A stretch of 64,000 nt of DNA from Takakia lepidozioides (taxonomy: Eukaryota; Plantae; Bryophyta), in NCBI GenBank assembly GCA_030704615.1, contig CM060733.1, positions 68,076,001 to 68,140,000 on the forward strand, read 5' to 3'. Made by a program: the position numbers and the translations under genes. Positions 1-11,800 of the stretch are shown here, in pieces. Numbering within the stretch: the stretch's first letter is position 1; each line of letters starts with the position of its first letter. The notes under the pieces are model-generated. The model ran no database searches. It was not told where the DNA came from and saw only the letters and a list, made by a program, of their open reading frames with translations.

Positions 1-3000
1 TATACGAAGTATCAGTAACCATTCTCAGAATGGAGGATGTGGCAGAAGGATATTCGCTACTACTTGGCCGATCATGGTTAACACAAGCCCAATCACACCA
101 CGATTGGGGAAATCAGACTCTCACGATCAAAAAGGGATCAGAACAAGTCATTATCACTACGAAGCAACGAGGTACCATTCCACGAGATAAACGACCTTGC
201 ATAGTGGAAAAGTATGACTGGTCCAGTGGACTATCGGATGAAGAAGAAGTCACGGTATATGCAGCACATCCACAGTTGGAACCCATTGGTCAATTAGTGG
301 TCAAACATACCACAACAGTAGGATGTCACATGGTGAACACCCAAAGAGAACCAAATACTCCAAGAATGGAAGATCCTGAGGAAGAAGCTATGGACACACC
401 TCAACACCCTGCCCGTTTTTATCAAGAAAGAGAAGAGGACATTAAAATCAGTGAAGTACCTGCCACGATTGCAACCATCGGACAGGAGATTGCAGGATGG
501 ACAGTAACGGAAGAAACTCAATTGATTCAAGTGAATCTGGGAACAGTGAACCACGGATAATACGAGTAAGTGCAGGTCTCAAAGAATCATTTCTACAAGA
601 AGCCACTGCATTATTCATTGAATACAAGGATGTATTTTCCTGGAACTACAAAGATTTGAAGGGTATACCTTCCAACATCTGTCAACACCGAATTGAATTG
701 GACGTTGACACAAAACCAATTTGTCAGAACCGTTACAGAATGAACCCCAACTATGCAGCTAAAGTTTGGGAAGAAATCAAGAAATTACTGGATGCAGGAT
801 TCATATACCCAGTAGAGACACCACAATGGTTATCACCCATTGTGATAGTACCCAAGAAGAATGGAAAATTACGAGTATGTGTGGACTACCGCAAATTAAA
901 CGCAGGAACCAAGAAAGATTCCTTTCCATTACCTTTCACAGAGATAGTGTTGGACACATTGGCAGGACATGAGATATACTCATTCATGGATGGGTTCAGT
1001 GGATACAACCAAGTGTAGATGGCAGAAGAAGACCGAGAAAAGACCGCATTCATCACTGAATGGGGAGCCTATGCTTACAAAGTCATGCCATTTGGACTTT
1101 GCAATGCACCAGCCACGTTTCAGCGAGCAGTATCTGAGATATTCAAGAATTATCTCAACGATTTTATACAGGTATTTTTGGATGATTTCAGTGTCTTCGG
1201 ACAGAAATCCAAACACTTGGCACAGTTAAAACTTTGCCTACACGCCTGCAGAAACAATGGAGTAAGTCTCAATCCGGAAAAATGTACATTTTGTGTGAAT
1301 TCAGGATTACTGTTGGGGGACATTGTGTGCCAACGGGGAATTCTGGTGGATCCAAAGAAAGTGGTTGTTATCCAGAAAATACCACCACCAGAAAATCCCA
1401 AGAAACTCAAGAGATTTCTGGGACAAACAAGTTATTACAGAAGGTACATGGCCAAATATGCTCACAGAGTGGCACCAGTCTATAGACTACTAAAGAAAGA
1501 TGCCGAATACCGATGGTCTCCAGCTTGCCAGGAATCATTTGATTCACTAAAAAGGGCACTCACAGTAGCACCAATTTTAATAAATCCAAGATGGGATCTA
1601 CCATTTCATGTACACAGTGATGCATCAGGCATTGCTTTGGGGGCAGTTCTGGCCTAGAATGTGACAGGCATAATAGATTCACCAATCTATTATGCAAGCA
1701 GATTGCTGACAGCAGCTGAGAAGAACTATAACACCACGGAAAGGGAAGCATTGGCAATGATTTATGTTGTTCAAAAGTTTCGGCATTATTTACTGGGCAA
1801 TCGCTTTAAGTTTATTGTTGATCATCAGGCTCTAGTTCATTTAGCAAGTCGACCACTAGCTAGTGGTAGGGTTGCTCGATGGTTATTACTTCTTCATGAG
1901 TATGATTTTGAAGTTGTTCATAAACCAGGAAGATTACATGTTACAGCAGATCATCTGTCAAGAAATACTACAGGAGAACCAGCCACAGGAGTAGAGGATC
2001 AACTTCCCGACGCATTTCTGTTTGCTGTTCAACCAGAAGCACAAGATGTAGAGACAGATCCTTTAGGCGCTCTGAGAGTGTTTCAAGGAGACTATGACCT
2101 CCCAGATTCTCTTAAGCTCATGGATGACACTGATGAAGAAGAGGACTCATCAGATGAAGATGAATCTCTTGATGAAGGACCTATTATTGAGGAAGAGCCA
2201 GATCCAGAAGAAGAAGATGACAAGGAAAATGAAGAGCCAAATAATCAAGAATTGGCCAATATCAGTATTGGAGCTTATACAGTTACCAAGGAAGAATCAG
2301 AAGACATTCAGAATCAAGATCAAGATCCAGACGATTGGCAATGGCCAATCAAATACTATTTGAACACAGGAAAATTTCCTGAAGACTACACCAAAGATGA
2401 CAGGAGAAAGCTTTCAATGAAAAGCAAGCCATACACAGTAATCAAGGGAATTTTGTACAAAAGAGGAATTGACTCCATAATGAGAAGATGTGTGAACAAA
2501 GAACAAGCCAAAACAGTGATGCAAGAGCTACACGAAGGAATTGCAGGAGGACACTTCAGTTCTGACTTGACAGTAAAGAAGATATTATTAGCAGGTTACT
2601 GGTGGCCTACTGTATTTGGAAACACTTATGAACACTGTCAACAGTGTGATGTTTGCCAGAGGATGGGACCAGTAGAACGAACTGGGAAGGGTACTATGCA
2701 CCCAATACTACCAACAGAACCATTTCAACGCTGGGGACTAGACTTCGTGGGACCAACCTCCAGCAAGGTACACATAGAACCAATACATCCTCACAGCTAC
2801 TGACTACACTACCAAATGGGTAGAGGCCAAGGCACTAAGAGACAACACTGCCAGGTCGACAGCCAAATTCTTATATGAAAACATCATCACACGATTTGGT
2901 TGCCCACTGGGAATTCGTCAGTGATCAAGGATCACATTTTATAAATGATGCCATAAAATGCTCGACGGAGGAGTTCATGATCGTACATCACAAGAGCACT

Positions 3001-3570
3001 GCTTACTATCCCCAAGAAAATGGCCAGGCCGAATCTACCAACAAGATATTATGCACTATCTTAACCAAGATAGTAAATGCCAATCGTACAGATTGGGACA
3101 CCAAAATGAACACAGCACTATGGGCATTCAGGACATCATACAAGGTGACCACGAAACATACACCATTTCAACTGGTGTATGGAGTAGAGGCACTATTACC
3201 CATTGAATGCATGATACCCACACTACGAACCGGAACTCATGAACGATGGGGTTTAGAGGAGACTCTATAAGTCAGGGAACACGAGTTATTTCATCTGGAA
3301 GAAGTTCGGGCAGCCGCTTGCAGATAACATGGCACAAATTCAAGAACAACGAAGAAAAAGAATATCCGAAGGGAAAGAAAAATCTTTCCAGGACGGGGAA
3401 ATTGTTTTATGGTTACCAAAAATCAAGAAGATCAAACTGGGAGGAAAATTGAAAATGCCATGGATGGGACCATTTCAAATAAAAAAGGTACATGACAATG
3501 GAACTGTTGATTTGCAGACCTTGGAACAAAATTCGTGGGATGAATAAATATTAACAAGCTAAAATGCTAC
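1..3570 (+). pseudogene. Ty3/Gypsy LTR-retrotransposon pol (end of protease, RT, RNase H, integrase), disrupted
   Basis: Motifs in Gypsy order: LLGRSW (protease end); CVDYRKLN, MDGFSGYNQ, MPFGLCNAPATFQR and FLDD (RT); HSDAS and YYASR..NY.TTERE.LA (RNase H); H..GH..C..C, WGLDFVGP, SDQGSHF and YYPQENGQAES (integrase); W.GPF tail. In-frame stops at 1016 and 1655 plus frameshifts. Confidence 0.95.
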
Positions 3571-3681
3571 AAAGGGATACATGACAGAGCCCTTATACAT
3601 GACTTATACGCCAACGAGGAAGACCAAACCACAGATGAGGAGCGTGAAACCGCCAGTGCATACTACATTCATCACGACACA

Positions 3682-4410
3682 GTGAATCGGCATGTACTAA
3701 GACAGGTGGCAATAGGAGTTCAGGGCACCGCTACGTTTAGACCACCATTCATTTGGAGGACAACATTACCACCCCGTATACCGTATGGTGAACCGTGGCC
3801 AGCACATATGCCCTACAGAACCGTGAACGAATACGAAGCAGCCAACGAGTCACTGCTTGTGTTAAACTCCGAGATGTACGCTCCAGATGACCCCACCGAC
3901 TATGGTAATCATACACCACTAACCATCGATCATAACACGGAGGAAGAACGACGGCGCAATCCAACGGATTGCCAAAAGATGGCGGACGATAAGGGCAAAG
4001 CCATTAAACCAATCTGCAAGTACTGCGCACACGCCGCTCATCTAAAAACAGACCACATACCAAAATGGATGACCACATCCAAGATGGATGAACGTAAACT
4101 AACCAAAATCGGACAATCATCAACAACCATCAATACAATCCAAGACAAACCACGAAGAAAACACCAACGGAAGAAAATCAGGCACATCCAGAAAAGGGAT
4201 GAGGTCTACTCAAAACCGTTACCAGAAGCTAAATGCTTCTTGGTAAGCACGGGCCCATCAATTAAAGCTAACTGCGCTTTAAACCTAGGCGGACAGCGGG
4301 ACATAATTACCTCCACGAGAACCTCGAGAGAAATTAGAGAAGAAGCCCACAGAAGAGAACCCCTACTTAAACCCATAAATGAACCCCACACCTTCTCTTC
4401 CGCAAACTGA
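3682..4410 (+). CDS. Uncharacterised 242-aa ORF downstream of Gypsy pol (probable element-internal extra ORF)
   Basis: Open 729-nt frame right after the integrase, with no recognisable domain. Confidence 0.3.
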   Translation: MNRHVLRQVAIGVQGTATFRPPFIWRTTLPPRIPYGEPWPAHMPYRTVNEYEAANESLLVLNSEMYAPDDPTDYGNHTPLTIDHNTEEERRRNPTDCQKMADDKGKAIKPICKYCAHAAHLKTDHIPKWMTTSKMDERKLTKIGQSSTTINTIQDKPRRKHQRKKIRHIQKRDEVYSKPLPEAKCFLVSTGPSIKANCALNLGGQRDIITSTRTSREIREEAHRREPLLKPINEPHTFSSAN

Positions 4411-4493
4411 AAATTGCCGTCTACACAACTTCCAGTGTGCTTCATACAGGAATTGGTGCTCCAATTCCTTACAACAATAACAAAACTAAGGGA

Positions 4494-5025
4494 AATGGCA
4501 GGCACCAAGCGGAAGACACCAAGTTCTTATGCGCAAGTGAATTTCAAAATCAGCCCGGCGTTGCGGAAAATCGAGCAGGACACAGGGACATAGGAGACAT
4601 TGGACAGTCTTGGCCTGCGGTACTTTGTCACCACGCTGGACTGGAACCTTAAGCACGACGAGCTATGCAGGGAATTCTTGGAGAATTACAACACCAGCAC
4701 CCGAAGCACAAATGTCCGTGACACACAGATTCTATTGATGGAGAAGTACTTGGCGGAAGTGTTTCACCTTCCTAGTCTCGACGTACCGGCGCACAGCGGC
4801 AAACCACCAAGGTTTGTACTTGCGGACCTGTTTGAGAATCTCAACCAAGCCGATCAGGGCTACACATGCAGTCACAGCAAAAACCCCGGCTTTAAGAAGA
4901 TAGCCCCGGTACTTAGCACGTTGCTTTGCCTCAGGCAAAACCACAGCTATTGCACCAAGGAGCTAATCGATCAAGTGTTGATTTGCCTCAATGGGCAACT
5001 CAGACTGGTCTTGCTATTACACTAG
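4494..5025 (+). pseudogene. Athila/Tat-type extra ORF fragment (putative plant transposon protein-like)
   Basis: LCREFLENY...VRDTQILLMEKYLAEVFHLP resembles the L.REFY.N...VRG..I......I...L.LP pattern of these ORFs; lies 3' of pol. Confidence 0.5.
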
Positions 5026-5176
5026 AGCCTTTTACTGAATTGGGCAGGTTTCTTATTGAAGAAGTTAACCCAAAACTTGACCAGGTTGACAAAGAAGAAG
5101 AAGGAAGTAACGGTTACCATGGTTACTCCCCTGTTACTCCAAATGATTCGACACGCTGTACTGCGTAAAAATAACT

Positions 5177-5875
5177 TGTTAGGGATGCAATGAGGATAAA
5201 GAAATATTGACAAATAGTTGGAAGTAATTCCCAGGGATATTTAGCTCAATGTAAGACAGAATACAACCTGATTTCCTTAATTTCAATGATGCAAGAGATA
5301 TGATGATCAGAAGAGTTGGCCTTTCTTTCCGCAGGATACGAAAAAGTACAAAGAGCTTAAAATAAGCGGCAATCTCTTTGCATTTAAAACCAAAAGAAGA
5401 AGAAACCAAAAAGATTTAGAAGCAGAAAAAGAGGAGAACATTATGTGTGGAGTGATGTTGACATGCTACTGCCAATGTGGCAACAGGGAAGTATCCAACA
5501 ACAGATAACAAAGATGAGGAGAAGCTTTGGAAATAAAATATTTCCGGCACCAATCAATGGTGGGACAATCGAGGCAAAAAGGTGAATGCCTGTTAAATTG
5601 CAGAGAGAAGCTGGCGGGTATTCAGAGGACAAACTAGTGTGATAGGTGGGGTTTAAAGGGTTGATATGGTATAGTGTTATTGTAGAGTGTGTCTATGGTT
5701 TTATTGGCAAGAGAGAGAAAGAGAAGAGGAGTGTGCACAAGTACGGTGATGCCGGGAGCTTAGAAACGCGTGGTCCTAGAGCCTCTCACGGGGACATGCG
5801 GAGCTCTCTGCCATAATCCCCTCTTATACATCATTTTTGCCGTCTTATTGAAAACTAACTCAGGCTGTATCAACA
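5177..5875. mobile_element. Possible LTR-like segment (TGTT...AACA)
   Basis: Starts TGTTAGGG and ends GTATCAACA, with a TATA-like TATAAGAG and CT-rich tract on the minus strand. No matching TSD (TAACT vs ATATT). Confidence 0.3.
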
Positions 5876-6107
5876 ATATTTATAGCCTCGCATTTGGCGT
5901 ACAAATTAACATGTGCAGCGATTCCAACCACGCACCACAAAATAAATATTATACCATATGGACAATTTCAAGGGCTCAAATTACAATTTGAGGAGCGGCC
6001 GGGGTTGGTCATTTTAGGGACTGGCATTACCAATTTTAAGGGCTTGAATTGCATTTTGAATTGCAATTCAAGGGTTACAATGGGCCACTGGGGGGCTAGA
6101 ATTACCA

Positions 6108-6665
6108 AAGCAATGACATCCAAAGCAATATAAAATCATTTGATAGCAGAATGATTGGTTCACCCTTTCAACCATTTTTTATTCACGTCATACTTGTCCG
6201 GTACTTGTAGGAGGGCATGTGGCTGACACTTGCAAAGCTTCAAAGCAATGTAAAATCATTTGATAGGGGAACAATTGGTTCACCCTTTCAACCATATTTT
6301 ACTGACCTCATACTTGTCCAGTACCTTTAAAAATGGCATGTGAAAGACACTTGCAAAGCTTTAAAGCACTCAAAAATCATTTGATATGTTCATGATTGAT
6401 TCACCCTTTCAACCATTTTAGATTGACTTGAAACTTGTGAAAGACCTGTAAGAGGGCATGTACAAGACATTTGCAAAGTTTCAAATCAATTTAAAATCAT
6501 TTGGTAGGGGGATGATTGGTTCACCCTTTAAACCATTTTAGATTGATATCATACTTCTCAAAGACGTGTAAGAGGGCATGTAGAAGACACTTGCAAAGTT
6601 TTGGAGCAATAAAAAATCATTTCATCGGGGAAGTTTCCGTTCACCCTTTCATCCAATTTTGAATT
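6108..6665 (+). repeat. ~120-bp tandem repeat, ~4.5 copies
   Basis: AAAATCATTTG...TTCACCCTTT..ACCAT...GGCATGT..GACACTTGCAAAG recurs at 120-bp spacing (near 6132, 6252, 6373, 6493, 6614). Confidence 0.9.
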
Positions 6666-7267
6666 GAACTGGATTTTTACTAAATAAAATGACTTAGAGG
6701 GCATAGGATTGTGGGGCGCAATGATGTCATTTTTGGCTTGATTTTGTTCTGTGAGTTGAACCCTCACACCACCACATCCTTGCCAAAAAATGTACCAAAG
6801 AAAAATGTTTGGAAAAAAACGTTCATCCTTTGCTCTATGCTCACTATTGCAAAACTCTCTATGAAGAGTGCATGAAGTTGAAGATAACTTCACCTTGGAG
6901 TGCAAGAGAGGGAATAAAATGTGTTTTGGATGCAGACGATGTCTGTTCATGGTGATATTTTGCATGCAACTCTTCATGTTGTTATCAAGCATATGGCTTC
7001 AGAATGGAATTAAAAACAATTCATGTGCAGGCGAAAGGTTGTTTCTCCTTATGAATTTGAATAACCCATTCAAACAACTTTGTTGAAGTTCAACTTTGGT
7101 CCATATGTGCTTAAGTACGTACAAAAGACAGCGCGAGACCCTCCACCATTGTTGGGGGCTCCTCTCCAGGGGTTCACGTAAGGGCGGGACAGTCGAGGGT
7201 CTCGGCCCTTGAGTGTCGGGCTGCGAGGGAGGGGGGGGGGGGGAGGGAGAGAGGCGCTTCGGTCGAG

Positions 7268-7821
7268 GGTCGTTGGCATGGGCGCTTTTGCACATCATGC
7301 TCAACGTCCATAATCACCACCTCTTGCACAACGACATGTCCCCCGACAACATCTTGTTGCATTTTCCACAAAGGTCTGGAGATGTGTATTTTGGGGGATG
7401 CGATTGGGGGATGGCCTCCACGACGGATGACCCAAAAACCACGTTGTACATTTTCGAGAGCAGAGACAAGATGATAAAGACTCTCGCACATAGATGGTGG
7501 ATTGCACCTGAAATTGTAATTGTTCATAATGTAGCCAACAACCAGTCAGATGGCACACCTCGTAGGCCCCCTCTAACCGTGCCATCAGAGACCTTTGCAA
7601 TTGGGAAGATAGCCCAGGCAATAAATGGGGGTAACACATTCGATGCAAGCCTGTTCAACGATATGTCTAATGGAACCTGTTTTGCTTCGGCTCTGGAAAA
7701 CTTGTGTGTAGACACAGTAGAGTTGCGGTACAAACTAGAAAATGTTGTGAAGCGTTTCATGACAGGGCTATTCAATTGGCCTGAGCCCAAAAATTGCTGG
7801 AGGATGGATAAAAACTTGTAG
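7268..7821 (+). pseudogene. Protein kinase-like C-lobe fragment (intronless)
   Basis: HNDMSPDNILL (catalytic loop), CDWG (DFG equivalent) and WIAPE (APE). No N-lobe is visible. Confidence 0.75.
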
Positions 7822-7984
7822 ACCTCTGACTGTACATCATGTTTGAATAAATGTTGTTTGCAATTGTGTTTGTCTCGTACCATAATGTTTTAATGGTTTA
7901 TTACTTGGCCATGGCACCTGGGTCCATCATATGGGATAATCAAGCACCACACCCGCGAATCTTGAAGAGTGACTGTGTACAAAG

Positions 7985-8200
7985 GGTAAATGAGTGAACC
8001 AATCGTTTCCCTGCCAAATGATTTTAGATTGATTTGAAACTTTGGGAATGTCTTGTACATGCCCTTTTTAAGTTATCGGACAAGTATGAGGTCAATCTAA
8101 AATGGTTCTAAGGGTGAACCAATAGTTCCCCTATTAAATTATTCATGATTGAAAATTGGTTGAAAGGTTTAACGAGTCGTTCGGGGGGCAAATGATAATT
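7985..8200 (-). repeat. Inverted copies of the 120-bp repeat
   Basis: GTGAACCAATC...CAAATGATTTT...GAAACTTTG...TACATGCCC is the reverse complement of the 6108-6665 unit; about 2 copies. Confidence 0.8.
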
Positions 8201-8216
8201 TCTTCGCTTACAACTT

Positions 8217-9142
8217 TGTGTACGTGCGGTCCCCTGAAAGGAAGGACATGGCGGTTCTAGGGCCGCCCGTCTCTAAGACCCTCGACCATTTGGTACGCAA
8301 CACTTGGTATCAGAGCTTAGAGTTCAGTACGCGATCGTCCTTGAGATCGGCCTCATCATGGGGTCGGGAAAGACTAAGCGAAAGCGAAATAGCCCGAAAG
8401 ATTATGATCCTGGTGAGGCCGGTGGGGGCAACGTGTCACCGAAGCGACAATTTGAAGAGGCGATTCATGCTTCTGAGAGCGAGGCCGCATAAGGACAGGA
8501 GGAATTTTGGGAGTCAAAGTCCCAGGACCTTCCAGAGGCTCCGCCAGACCAACAGATGTCTCCCATGCCAGCAGCCTTTTGGGAAGGGTTGTTGGCGTAG
8601 TTTGGCGGGACGTTGAAAGACGTGTTGAAGGCGGCTAATGCCACTTCCACTAAGGCAAAGTTTAAGGTGAAGCCTAAGGAACTCGACACCTTCGAGGGCA
8701 TCCAAAATCGGAAGGCACTCAACACCTGGCTCCTGGAGCTAGAGCAGTACTTCCGAGCGGCCAAGTTGAGTGACGAGGATCGGGTGGAAGTGGCTCCCAC
8801 CTATTTGAGGGGCTATGCCCAACAATGGTGGCAGAAACGTCTCCACGACCAAGGTCCAAACCCGGAAACCTTGAGCTGGAGTGGGTTCAAGGAACTTATG
8901 AAGAGACAGTTTGTGCCCCTCAACGCGTCCTGGCTCGCCGGGACAAGATGAAGAATTTGAAACAAACGGATGACATTCGGGGATATGTTCAGGATTTCAA
9001 TGTGATGTTACTCAAAGTCGCGGACATGGCAGAACCAGAAATGGTCTTCAACTTTGTGGCGGGACTAGCCCCATGGGCCAGGCGGAAGTTGGAGGAGAAG
9101 CCACCTAAGACTTTGAACGAGGCAATTGAAAGGGCTGAATGT
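8217..9142 (+). mobile_element. LTR-retrotransposon 5' fragment: LTR end, tRNA-iMet PBS, gag (3' part lost)
   Basis: ...GCAACA is followed by TGGTATCAGAGC (PBS, 8304-8315). Gag motifs WLLELEQYF, YLRGYAQQWW, W..FK..MKRQF and QTDDIRGYVQDF. Breaks at a GGGTTGAGGGTT motif near 9146. Confidence 0.85.
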
Positions 9143-10324
9143 TTCGGGTTGAGGGTTGACAAAAAGTGTCAAAACAAATGTAGCAGTACAACGCGGATGC
9201 ACCAAGTGCAAGATAAACACAATCCGTGCAAACAAGTTTTTAGGAGGGCCAGTTATGCACCCCTGGAAAAATTTCAGATCCTGTGAATCAAACCTAAAAG
9301 GAGAGATCCTGAGAGACAGAAAACTAGAATAGAAATATGCGAGGTATCATGAAATGCAACTGCAAACCTATGCAAGAGGCAAAAGTGCGTATAAGAACTA
9401 TTTCACTGGATGCACAGGAGAATAGAACCCTATCTCTATTTTGCAAGAGAATAGACACACTAGGAACAACTTAGATGCAGATCTCACATGCGCTACTCGA
9501 GAGGGAGTTTATGGCATGCACTATCGTATAGACACAGAGCACATAACAATGCAATGATCTAAAGCAGGGGATACAAACGCATCTTAAACTCAAAAACTTC
9601 GAAAAACTCAACAACTTCAAAGGGTGAGACCCCGAGGCAAGATCATGCAAAGTAGTGAAGCCAAATCTTTATAAACCCCAGACTAGTTTCGCTCAACACG
9701 TGAGCTCATCAGTGGGAAAGAAAAGGAATGAGATACAAAACCCACCCCCCGCTTATATACTACTAGGAGTGAATTGCCTCGTGTGGACAATCTTCCAGTG
9801 GATGTCTCATGAGGAGAAAAACCATCCAACAGATGCCTCGTACGGAGAAAATTGTCCAAAAAGTCTCAGTGGGAGAAAGTCATCCAGTGGATGAAAACAA
9901 GTTCTCGACTACAACTAACTCCGTGGGTTTAGGGTTGAGGGTTTAGGGTCTACAAAAGATCGGAACTATAAATGTAGCAGTACAACAAATTTGAACCGTG
10001 AATGCACCGGGTGTAATAGTAACACAGTGCAGACTAAAAAGTTTTTAGGAGGGCCGATTATGCTCCGAAAAAAACTTCAAGATATCTATAGAAAAACTCA
10101 AAGAGATGATTCTGAAGACACAAAAGTAGGATAAGAGTGATGTTGATATGTTCTGAAGTGCAATTGCAAAGACATGCAAATGACTAAAGTGTATGACTGA
10201 GACTGTTTCACCGTAAATACAAGATAGCGGAAACCTATCTCTTCTAGAAGAGAAAACACACGCTAGAGAACAAACCTAGCAGCAAAGGCAAGACTAGATA
10301 GACAGTCTAAACAATGCAACTGTA
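9143..10324 (-). mobile_element. Two 3'-terminal units of a Penelope-like retroelement, each joined via a telomere-like repeat
   Basis: Homologous to the sequence 3' of the PLE RT at 16218-16750; 9952-10324 is near-identical to 16218-16593. Junction motifs GGGTTGAGGGTT (9146) and GGGTTTAGGGTTGAGGGTTTAGGGT (9925-9949). Confidence 0.8.
9677..9716 (-). ncRNA. Minimal type I hammerhead ribozyme (copy 1, GUC site)
   Basis: Minus strand reads CCCA-CUGAUGA-GCUCA(CGUGU)UGAGC-GAAACUAGUC^UGGG: full catalytic core, 5-bp stem II, palindromic ACUAGU stem III, 4-bp stem I. Confidence 0.9.
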
Positions 10325-10449
10325 AGGGAGGGCCGGGACGGTCGAGGGTCGCGGCCGGCTGGAGACCCTCAACCAAGTCCGCAGGTTTCGCCCCTCAACG
10401 GCTTCCACGCCGCGACCCTCGACCGTCCGCCAACCGCACTTCCGCCCTC
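10325..10449. mobile_element. ~125-bp GC-rich fold-back insertion (MITE-like)
   Basis: GACGGTCGAGGGTCGCGG ... CCGCGACCCTCGACCGTC perfect 18-bp inverted arms. A related GTCGAGGGTC motif occurs at 7190-7271. Confidence 0.55.
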
Positions 10450-10450
10450 A

Positions 10451-10501
10451 TAGGGTTTAGAGGGTTTAGAATTCACAAGTTTAGGGTTTAGGGTTCAGGG
10501 T
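10451..10501 (+). repeat. Degenerate interstitial telomere-like (TTTAGGG) tract
   Basis: TAGGGTTTAGAGGGTTTAG...TTTAGGGTTTAGGGTTCAGGGT. Confidence 0.75.
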
Positions 10502-11157
10502 GGTCAACAAAGGCTTGCAAAGGTAACAAAAAGTAGGAAAAATACTGAAAAACGACACATTAAATTTTAAGGGGGGCTGGTTTGGAGGTTTACTATTTCA
10601 TGACCAGAAACCATGAGCCATGAGCCATGAGCTGCATGAGTAAGACACGCGGTTTTCATGAGCGGACTCCTCCAAATTTGGAAATGCGGCAGATTAAAAA
10701 AGTATTAAAAAATAGTTTTTTAATTTGACCTTGCCGTTTTTGGAAATTCCAGATCCTGTAATGCGGCGAAGATATGTCGTGTGTAACAACTCCGCTCATG
10801 GTTTTTTAGATCCGCTCATGGAAATGAGTGACTGTACAACGAGAAATCCAATATACCACGACAAAAGGACGTCACATACTGGCATGTATAGAGTATTCCA
10901 TGGTTTTACATGCCTTAACATTGGAATGAAGCTGACCCTTCTGTCGCGATTGAACCAATAGAGTCTGTACCAATAGAGTCTGCAGTACTTCACAATTCTG
11001 TCATCTTCGGGTATTTGGCGGGAAAGGTTTGTAACTCAACTGGGAAATGCGGTGCCGCATTACGGTTCGTACGTGTGAAATTTCTGGGGGGTTTGGTGTT
11101 GGCGACGGTCGGCTCCTTGAAAACTGGGTGCGACTATCTTGTTATGACGAAGGCCAC

Positions 11158-11800
11158 AAATTTGGCGCCGTTTTTCCATCCGGGGGTGTTCTCTGTCGGC
11201 CAGGTGTCGGCCTCTTCCCCCGAGACGACTTCATCCGGGCGGCCTCGGTTGGAAATTCGGCGCCGTTTTTCCATCCGAGGGATAATCTATGTCGGCCAGG
11301 TGACCGCCTCTCCCCCTGAGACAACTTCATCCGACCGGCCCCGGATGGAAATTCGGCGCCGGTTTTCCATCCGGGGGATGTTCTCTATCGGCGTGGCCTC
11401 TCCCCCCGAGACGACTTCATCCGGGCGGCCTCGGATGGAAATTCGGCGCCGTTTTTCCATCCGGGGGATGTTTTCTGTCGGCCAGGTGTCGGCCTCTCCT
11501 CCCGAGACGACTTCATCCGGGCGGCCTCGGATGGAAATTCGGCGTCGTTTTTCCATCCGGGGGATGTTCTCTGTCGGCTAGGTGTCGGCCTCTCCCACCG
11601 AGACGACTTCATCTGGGCGGCCTCGGATGGAAATTTGGCGTCGTTTTTCCATCCGGGGGATGTTCTCTGTCCAAGTGTCGGCCTCTCCCCCCGAGACGAC
11701 TTTATCTGGGCGGCCTCGGATGGAAATTCGGCGCCGTTTTTCCATCCGAGGGATAATCTATGTCGGCCAGGTGACCGCCTCTCCCCCGGAGATGACTTCA
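11158..11800 (+). repeat. Tandem array of ~6.5 units (90-96 bp), each containing a GGCGCC-centred hairpin
   Basis: Unit core CCTCGGATGGAAA-TTCGGCGCCGTT-TTTCCATCCGAGG. Core spacings 96, 90, 96, 96 and 93 bp. Confidence 0.92.

Noticed and set aside
5177-5875. 3' LTR of the upstream Gypsy element
   Set aside because: No polypurine tract precedes it, promoter-like features point to the opposite strand, and there is no TSD.
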